Source: a virus
Length of the DNA: 64,000 bases
Reading direction: 5' to 3' (one strand)
IMG/VR virus record: IMGVR_UViG_3300028490_000007
Location: 13,123-77,122 of that record
Position 1 is the stretch's first letter, and the number at the start of each line of letters is the position of its first letter. Below are positions 57,476-64,000 of this stretch, piece after piece. The position numbers and the translations under genes were made by a program. The notes under the pieces were generated by a model. The model saw nothing but the letters and a program-made list of their open reading frames with translations. It was not told where the DNA came from and did no database searches.

Positions 57476-60228
57476 TAGTTCTCCTTAAATTGTAAATACT
57501 GAGCTTTTGTAACATCAAAGCCAATAGAGTAAGAATTTCCTATCGTAAACTCATCTATAGACACAAAACCATTGTCTTCCAGTCCCTCGACAGGCCAAGG
57601 AGTAAGTGCATTGTTATACTCTGCTCCTGTAATGGTTGTTGATATCTCACCGTTCGCCCCATCAAAAGACAATGCTTTTGCTTGACTCGTAGGTGTATCT
57701 GCGTCTATTTGAGTCCCTCCGATTGTAATAATATTGCCTGCAATAGCTAGTGAATTTGACTCTTCCCCAGAGATCATAAACATTCTATTACCGTATGATA
57801 CCGAAACTGTACCACTTAAGCCAAGAGTCTGTGCTGAAATCATTGCTGCAACAACTCTAACATCAAAGGCTATACCTACATCAAAAGCTGACTCAAATAC
57901 TATCATTCCGAAGTGCTGGAACGCCTTGTCGTGCTGTATATTCGTATCCATAGTAGCACCCATCATGTAAGAGAAGGCTGTATCATCGGAGACTATATTG
58001 TGCTTGAGACCGCTTCTGTACTCGATGGACCCTCCATCAAAACTGATTGTAGCTGTTTTTTCCTCGTCCTCAATCATCATCACAATAGTGAAGCTCTCTG
58101 CTCCAAGTGCGATACTTTTTATATCCACATTTTTGTTAGCATAAACACCTGTTGCTATTTTTCTGTATATAGATACATTTTTCTCAAAAGACTTTTTCAA
58201 TATAGCAATGGAACTTGGTCTAGGAATGTATGTCCCCTCAAGAACATCAGTACCAGACAAGTCATCAAACATAATTATGCCCTTCGATGAAGAGGTGATA
58301 GACATAATATTGTTTGTCTCATCAAGATACTTTTCGTGCATGACATCTTCAGAAAATAAAGCATTTCCTTCCATGGAAACAAAAGATGAGTTGGCTGTCT
58401 TTGATGGCTTGAAAGTTCCGATAGATCCATAGACTAGAAAGTCTTTAATCTTATTCTCATCGATGGAACTAATATACTTACTGAATAAGTATGGCAAATC
58501 ATCAGGGGAGGATACCACTTCTTTCTTCGCATAGTTGATATAGTACACTTTGTCTTTTCGGATATTGTATATTGCAACAATGTCGGTATCTTTATATGAA
58601 AACATAACTGAGTATAACAAGTCTTTAGTGTCCCTTCTTACCCCGGTTATTCCATAAGTAGGCTCCTCTAACAATCTACACAACATAATATAATCACTGA
58701 AATTCGATATGTTTATTCCTGATACAGTAATTTGGTCAGGGTTTATGGCAAAAGTAACGCCTCCAAAATCAGTAGCATGATCCTGCGTATCTAATCTTGA
58801 GGAGTCAGTAGAAATGACAAGAGCATCTTTGCTAGATAGGCTTTTAACTTCTGTCTTGGTGCCATTCTTCACAGTCAACTCTTCTGCAATAAAATCAACA
58901 CTGTCAAATCTATACAGAGGAGACAAAAAGTCACCACCTGTAAGTTGCTTAAAGCTACTGGTATTCCCCTGCATGAGCTGAGAGTGCTTTATCATAGATG
59001 CTGTTTTTATACTGAACACATATCTATTGTTGGAAGCAGACATATATCCTTTTTTACCAAATACTATTTCTCGTGTATCAATAGGCTCCACAGTTTCATC
59101 TCCTGTTGCCAAGTCAGTAACATAGAAGCTACCAATCTCACCTGAGCTATTGACTTTTGAGACATCTGCGTTTAAAATTCTCTCAGGTAGATACCTGAAC
59201 TCATATCTCTTTTCTACTTTTCTGCCAAAAAAGTCTCTACAATTAGACACAGATATACAATGAAGAAGCTTATCTGTCTCTCCATCAACGGCACTGAAGT
59301 AATCAACCTTCCCTTTAATCAAAAGGTTTTCTTTGAGGTCATATATGGTCATTGAGTTGTGTTGAACTGCTGGGAACAAGAGTGTTATCTCAGAATAGAT
59401 GTTGCGGTCACGAGCTGCATTAAAGACATATGTCTTATACTCCTCATCACGGCTGTGCACCAGGTAGTATTGCATAGACATACTCAACCCAAAGAATTCA
59501 AGTATTCCATTGTTGTAGAAGTAGTCCGTCCCTGCAATAGAAACAGCTCCATCCTCTTTCAATTCAAGGTCTTTGAGTTGTTCGTTTTGTCTAAAGATGT
59601 AGTGGTTCTCAAAATCTTGAGGTGGAATAATCACAAGACTTAGACCCTCGCAATCCCCATCTAAATTAAAGATGTTGAAGTATCCATCCACTGTGTCCGG
59701 AACCACTTTCCCATTTACTGATGTCAAAGTAGGCATATAAGAAGTTTTCTTGTTACCTTTCTTGTAGTAGTAATTAACATCATTGATTGTCAACTCAACA
59801 GATATAGGTTGTAGCTTGAAGTTGGACAGGACAGCTCTATCTGAAATCTCTTGCTTGTCCTGAATGACTTTGAACTCTATTGTTGTACCCTCTTGAAAAC
59901 TGTCTATTGTAATTGCGTTATTTACGATATCTAAGATTACTTTCTTTGACAAAATAACAGACACTTTTTTCCCGATAAGATGATACTCATCAGTTTCCTC
60001 TGTGACAGCAATCTTATGGGAGTTGTAGAAACCATACAGAGAAACTTGTGCAGCTTGGTCAAACTCACTAAGGTCTATTTCTATATAGAAAAACTCGTCA
60101 AGGTTATACTTGAACTCTATTTGGATACTGTGTCTATAGTGGCTATAACTCGGTGTTATCTTTGTCACTATCCCAGATGCAGGCGTATACACCTCATTTG
60201 TTGGTAGTATGTACATTAATGGTATCAT
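57475..60228 (-). CDS. Hypothetical large beta-rich protein
   Basis: 917 aa, AAGGA SD. Confidence 0.6.
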   Translation of the reverse strand: MIPLMYILPTNEVYTPASGIVTKITPSYSHYRHSIQIEFKYNLDEFFYIEIDLSEFDQAAQVSLYGFYNSHKIAVTEETDEYHLIGKKVSVILSKKVILDIVNNAITIDSFQEGTTIEFKVIQDKQEISDRAVLSNFKLQPISVELTINDVNYYYKKGNKKTSYMPTLTSVNGKVVPDTVDGYFNIFNLDGDCEGLSLVIIPPQDFENHYIFRQNEQLKDLELKEDGAVSIAGTDYFYNNGILEFFGLSMSMQYYLVHSRDEEYKTYVFNAARDRNIYSEITLLFPAVQHNSMTIYDLKENLLIKGKVDYFSAVDGETDKLLHCISVSNCRDFFGRKVEKRYEFRYLPERILNADVSKVNSSGEIGSFYVTDLATGDETVEPIDTREIVFGKKGYMSASNNRYVFSIKTASMIKHSQLMQGNTSSFKQLTGGDFLSPLYRFDSVDFIAEELTVKNGTKTEVKSLSSKDALVISTDSSRLDTQDHATDFGGVTFAINPDQITVSGINISNFSDYIMLCRLLEEPTYGITGVRRDTKDLLYSVMFSYKDTDIVAIYNIRKDKVYYINYAKKEVVSSPDDLPYLFSKYISSIDENKIKDFLVYGSIGTFKPSKTANSSFVSMEGNALFSEDVMHEKYLDETNNIMSITSSSKGIIMFDDLSGTDVLEGTYIPRPSSIAILKKSFEKNVSIYRKIATGVYANKNVDIKSIALGAESFTIVMMIEDEEKTATISFDGGSIEYRSGLKHNIVSDDTAFSYMMGATMDTNIQHDKAFQHFGMIVFESAFDVGIAFDVRVVAAMISAQTLGLSGTVSVSYGNRMFMISGEESNSLAIAGNIITIGGTQIDADTPTSQAKALSFDGANGEISTTITGAEYNNALTPWPVEGLEDNGFVSIDEFTIGNSYSIGFDVTKAQYLQFKEN

Positions 60229-60238
60229 TCAATCTTCC

Positions 60239-63200
60239 TTATTCAAAAGTTACTTGGTAAATTATGCCGTCAAGAGCAAGTGCTTCATCTATTCCAATAT
60301 CGGCCATGACTAAATCAATATCATAGACCACTTTTGGTTCAGACGTATAGCTCTCATGATCTTTCCAGTAGACAAGACCTTCCCCTCCAAGAGCAAATAT
60401 GTATTTATCTCCGAATGGGCTTATGAATTCTCTAGCTTCTCCAAAGTCAATGATTTTGAAATCGCCTTCCATATCTTTCATTCGTGGAACAATGCTGTTC
60501 ACGCTCTTGATACTCATTACTACCCTCGTGAGGTTCTCTTTTGAGTATTTTGTTGGCAAGAAACGCTTCGTCCTATACATTTGTATATACGATCCATCTG
60601 ATACAATCTTACTTAGAGGATAGTTCTGAAGCATAGCCATACTATATACAGCAGCGTCACTACCATCTTTCTTTACAGTTAAGCTACTATCGTCAAGAGA
60701 CACATGAACTTTGTATGGCTCATTGTTATTGTTGAACCCTAGTATCTCACTAGAGACATCTGTATCGCCTGCTGATATCTTTACTTGTGCATCAAACACA
60801 CCTACTGCAACTGATAATAGATTATACTCTGTTTCCTCTTGTAGGGTGTTGTTCATGAGTAGGTATTGCTTGCTCATAACATCATCTGCCAAGCTTGACT
60901 CGTAATAGTCATATACCCCCAAGGCAACTCTCTTATATCCCTCTAATGACTTGTAATGGTCATGGAGAAGGATATCAAAAGACGCTATCAGTAGAGGGAA
61001 ACTTACAATGTCTAAATTCATTGTATTGTCTATCTTCAACTTCTTCATTTTATAGTCATATGCCAAAGTAAGTGCTTTCTGTCCATTCTTGGTGATAGAC
61101 ATAGAGAAGGCATATATCTCACCATCAATAACGACGTTGAGTGCTTTATTTACGGACAAGGTATCTACTACTGCGAACTCGCCTGTATTTACTCCAAACA
61201 GCATCTTCCCATACTTACTGTATAGCTGTGCTCCTGCCTTCATGTTGTTAATGTTCATCATAGCATCGACATCATGACCTATCTCATAAGCTGAGTCGTA
61301 TGCATCACTCACTTGAAGATCAGAGTAGTTAATCTCATACTCTTTTCTTAGCTTGCCAAAATAATGCGTATCATCATCACCAACATACCCTTTGAACCCA
61401 GTCTTTGCATCTGCCATTAACTGCTCAAATATGTTAGGCATAAGCATTGTATTCTGAACACGCTCTACCTTCTTTGAATATACAATATCTCGTGCTTGTA
61501 GCATCATCTCGTCGTAAGAGAATGAAAGTTTTCTTTGTGCGTCCAAGATATGCTCTACGATGTATCTCATACCTGGGTTGTCATTTATGGTTGATGTTTT
61601 TATAGAGCCAACAACTATAGCCATATACGCATCATGCATATACTGCTTATAGTCATCATCCCAATCATTTGAGTCAAAGAATACCTTCTTGTCATAGATA
61701 GCTCGATATCCATCTGTCATCTCTCTGGACAATGTAACTACATCGTTATCAACATATGTTGTAAACTCTGCATTGTCTATTGCCTCTGCAGGGAAGAAAT
61801 CTTCGCCACAAAAATACCACTCGCCATCAAGAGTATGTCCAAGAGATACTGTTGCAATGATTTCGTCTGGCTGACGGTAGATGTATGCGACCTGCTTCAT
61901 CTTTTTGAGCATCTGATTTAAACTTATCTCAATACCAAGCTCATCTATACTCTCTTCTATTGACAGGACAAAATCTTCTCTACATGAGTTTGTCATTTCC
62001 GGCTGCATGTTAAATACGGGCATAATGGCAGCAAACTCTTGTGAGCTTAGTGTATTGTTCGTATTGATAAGGTTGAACCCAGATATCTCAGACACAAGAG
62101 ACTTTTGATACATCTCGTACGCATCGTCAAGTTCACCATTGTATGTTCTATACATTGGACCTTGGAATAGTTTTTTAGATGGGTTGTTTATAACATCATT
62201 TGCGTTGAACTTTAAGTACGAAGAAGTGAACAGTTCTGATCCTACAATTTTCTTAATTATCTTATCCCTGTCTGTTTTACATGGCAGGTCGCCTTTTGTT
62301 ATAACATCCACATACTCAAGATGACTGCTCTTTTGGAGAACCTCGTTTATGTTGCCGATAAGTCCGATAGTTACAGTGAACGCTTGTTGCGGTGTAGATA
62401 TTGTATCGTTATACACAATCCTATTCTGCATGTTTAAAATTCTGTATTTCGTGGAGGCTACTCCGAAATCAACAAGCATATTATATTCATCTTGCCCCAA
62501 GTAAGAGTATATACGCTTCAATTTGGCTTTCATCATAACTTTTATCTTGTCTGCAAAAATGCCTGCAGAACCACTATCTACAAGATCTTTAAATTTTGCA
62601 TCATTAGATATCTTGACTGCCCCATGTGAACTTGTCACGGTCATATCAGTTAAGTCGTCACGTCTATCAACAATCGCACGTTCAAAAACATAACTGTCTT
62701 TAAATAATCCGTGGAAAGAACTCAGTGCGATATAGTTGTCTGGTTCAGTGACTCCGACAGGACTCATCACTTCTAAAAATGAAACCAAGAATGGCTCTTC
62801 TAGGATATATTGAGTAGCAGACAGGTACTGATCGCCATCTCTTGAAAAGATAGGACCCTCTGGTGCATCAAGTGGGTTAGACAGCATTGTATATCTTTGC
62901 TCTCTCTGACTACGTTGGTGTACAAGCTCATACTCTTGACCTGGATCAAGTACAATGTCAAAATCGTCGATGTCTGTCTTTACAAAGTTTTTGTCATCAT
63001 ACACTGCACGTTTAATGTCGTACTTATATTTTGACACATTCACTCTCACTCTAAAGTCAGATGTGTTCTTCACGACAGTCAAGTTCGTTGTGTTCTCTAC
63101 AATTATCTCGGACATAAGTCTATTTTTTCCATACGAGTTAATTTCGTCTGCATAGTCCTGATGAGTAAAAGGAACAAGTTCGCCTGCATATATACCCATC

Positions 63201-63676
63201 TTCATTGTCTTTGTGGATACATCATGGAAGATTAGCATATACCCATCTAGGTAATCATGTGTGCCTGTTATATCCATTCTGTCAACATAAACCATTTTGT
63301 CGAACTCGAAACCTTCAATACCATCCACGCCAGAAAGGTCTATACCGAACAGTGAGTTAACTGTCGAAACCGTAGTAGAAGAAACAACCTCGTTCTCGAT
63401 GGTATCAAGCACTGCTGCTACTGCCTGCTCATCAAAGATTATATCATTCTTGTAATATATTTTTCCGTCAAGTTTCTCAAGTCTACTTCCTTGGAGTTGT
63501 TTTGATACAGCATGTATCTCTCCGTCGTAATTTACAAATGCGATCTCTATTGGCAAGTTACTGTCAACTGTCTTTCTAGTGAAGTACATTGATATCCCTG
63601 CAATACCATTTATCTTCTTTTGCTCTACATAGGTAAGTCCTATGGCTTGGTCCATAATCGTATAAAATCCGGCCAT
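60239..63676 (-). CDS. Hypothetical large protein
   Basis: 1145 aa, AAGGAG SD, Tyr/Asp/Ile-rich, no recognised motif. Confidence 0.6.
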   Translation of the reverse strand: MAGFYTIMDQAIGLTYVEQKKINGIAGISMYFTRKTVDSNLPIEIAFVNYDGEIHAVSKQLQGSRLEKLDGKIYYKNDIIFDEQAVAAVLDTIENEVVSSTTVSTVNSLFGIDLSGVDGIEGFEFDKMVYVDRMDITGTHDYLDGYMLIFHDVSTKTMKMGIYAGELVPFTHQDYADEINSYGKNRLMSEIIVENTTNLTVVKNTSDFRVRVNVSKYKYDIKRAVYDDKNFVKTDIDDFDIVLDPGQEYELVHQRSQREQRYTMLSNPLDAPEGPIFSRDGDQYLSATQYILEEPFLVSFLEVMSPVGVTEPDNYIALSSFHGLFKDSYVFERAIVDRRDDLTDMTVTSSHGAVKISNDAKFKDLVDSGSAGIFADKIKVMMKAKLKRIYSYLGQDEYNMLVDFGVASTKYRILNMQNRIVYNDTISTPQQAFTVTIGLIGNINEVLQKSSHLEYVDVITKGDLPCKTDRDKIIKKIVGSELFTSSYLKFNANDVINNPSKKLFQGPMYRTYNGELDDAYEMYQKSLVSEISGFNLINTNNTLSSQEFAAIMPVFNMQPEMTNSCREDFVLSIEESIDELGIEISLNQMLKKMKQVAYIYRQPDEIIATVSLGHTLDGEWYFCGEDFFPAEAIDNAEFTTYVDNDVVTLSREMTDGYRAIYDKKVFFDSNDWDDDYKQYMHDAYMAIVVGSIKTSTINDNPGMRYIVEHILDAQRKLSFSYDEMMLQARDIVYSKKVERVQNTMLMPNIFEQLMADAKTGFKGYVGDDDTHYFGKLRKEYEINYSDLQVSDAYDSAYEIGHDVDAMMNINNMKAGAQLYSKYGKMLFGVNTGEFAVVDTLSVNKALNVVIDGEIYAFSMSITKNGQKALTLAYDYKMKKLKIDNTMNLDIVSFPLLIASFDILLHDHYKSLEGYKRVALGVYDYYESSLADDVMSKQYLLMNNTLQEETEYNLLSVAVGVFDAQVKISAGDTDVSSEILGFNNNNEPYKVHVSLDDSSLTVKKDGSDAAVYSMAMLQNYPLSKIVSDGSYIQMYRTKRFLPTKYSKENLTRVVMSIKSVNSIVPRMKDMEGDFKIIDFGEAREFISPFGDKYIFALGGEGLVYWKDHESYTSEPKVVYDIDLVMADIGIDEALALDGIIYQVTFE

Positions 63677-64000
63677 TATATAACTCCTTGAGTGTTGTAT
63701 ATTTTGTTCGGTGCCTGAGTCATCTTGTTCATGAGATTAAGATTTCCGACATGATGTCTGTATTGGTATTTTTTTACCATCTCTATAATGATGTCTGGCT
63801 CAGCTCTGTTCTCTGCAGCATAACGATCACTAGCATCTGTAGGCAAATTACCAAAGGAGAAAGATGCAACTCTTGTCGTGTCAGCAAGCTTTATGGATAT
63901 CTTTTTTCTTAGTGTACCATATGCCACCGCATCTATTGTTGACCTAGCTATAAACATTCTTCTGCCATCAACAAAACTTACAATATCGAATACTTTATCC
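63676..64000 (-). CDS. Hypothetical protein, 5'-truncated by the window edge
   Basis: Frame stays open from 63957 to the window end (...DKVFDIVSFVDGRRMFIARS). Confidence 0.55.
   Translation of the reverse strand, partial: DKVFDIVSFVDGRRMFIARSTIDAVAYGTLRKKISIKLADTTRVASFSFGNLPTDASDRYAAENRAEPDIIIEMVKKYQYRHHVGNLNLMNKMTQAPNKIYNTQGVI

Noticed and set aside
57475-60228. NLDGD as a possible RNAP catalytic DxDGD
   Set aside because: Lacks the first Asp and the surrounding double-psi barrel context.
123-63912. Many 60-200 aa antisense or alternate-frame ORFs in the track (e.g. 39088..39696-, 41678..42271-, 19893..20408-)
   Set aside because: They lie inside longer motif-bearing genes, lack SDs and have shadow-ORF composition.
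1-64000. Alternative genetic code or stop-codon readthrough (in-frame stop-ATG junctions at 24783/24784, 50668/50667, 49954/49953)
   Set aside because: Genes tile densely under code 11, TAA/TAG/TGA all end genes, and these downstream ATGs have their own SD-like sequences.
1-64000. tRNA, rRNA, integrase, transposase or intron/intein
   Set aside because: Intergenic gaps are short (under about 140 nt) with no cloverleaf. No recombinase or homing-endonuclease motifs seen. TerL is of normal length.

Overview
This 64-kb window is the virion-morphogenesis region of a large (jumbo-type) tailed dsDNA phage. It is very gene-dense, uses the standard code and is AT-rich. The host is probably Gram-negative, because there is a holin/i-spanin/lipoprotein o-spanin cassette. 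A + strand arm (1-42.5 kb) carries fibre/adhesin-like proteins (beta-helix, RCC1 propeller, PKD), a prohead protease, a gpV-like spike, a stand-alone C-terminal half of RNA polymerase beta', lysis genes, baseplate-like genes, a tape-measure protein with an M15 peptidase, a groES-groEL pair and a tail chaperone with a clear -1 frameshift signal. A convergent - strand arm (42.5-64 kb) carries about 13 kb of unassignable large ORFs, then the terminase large subunit, capsid genes and a sigma70-family factor. The most striking unexplained pattern is a short motif, hydrophobic-x-K-x-A-(S/E/G/A), present about 50 times (manual count) in about 8 probable head proteins, including the protease and the capsid protein. 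In several of these it separates acidic pro-regions from cationic, Gly/Ala-rich, membrane-active-looking peptides, which suggests a protease-matured polyprotein/peptide-cargo system. No portal, sheath, tube, endolysin, tRNA or CRISPR was recognised. All functional calls come from motif recognition by eye; no database searches were run.
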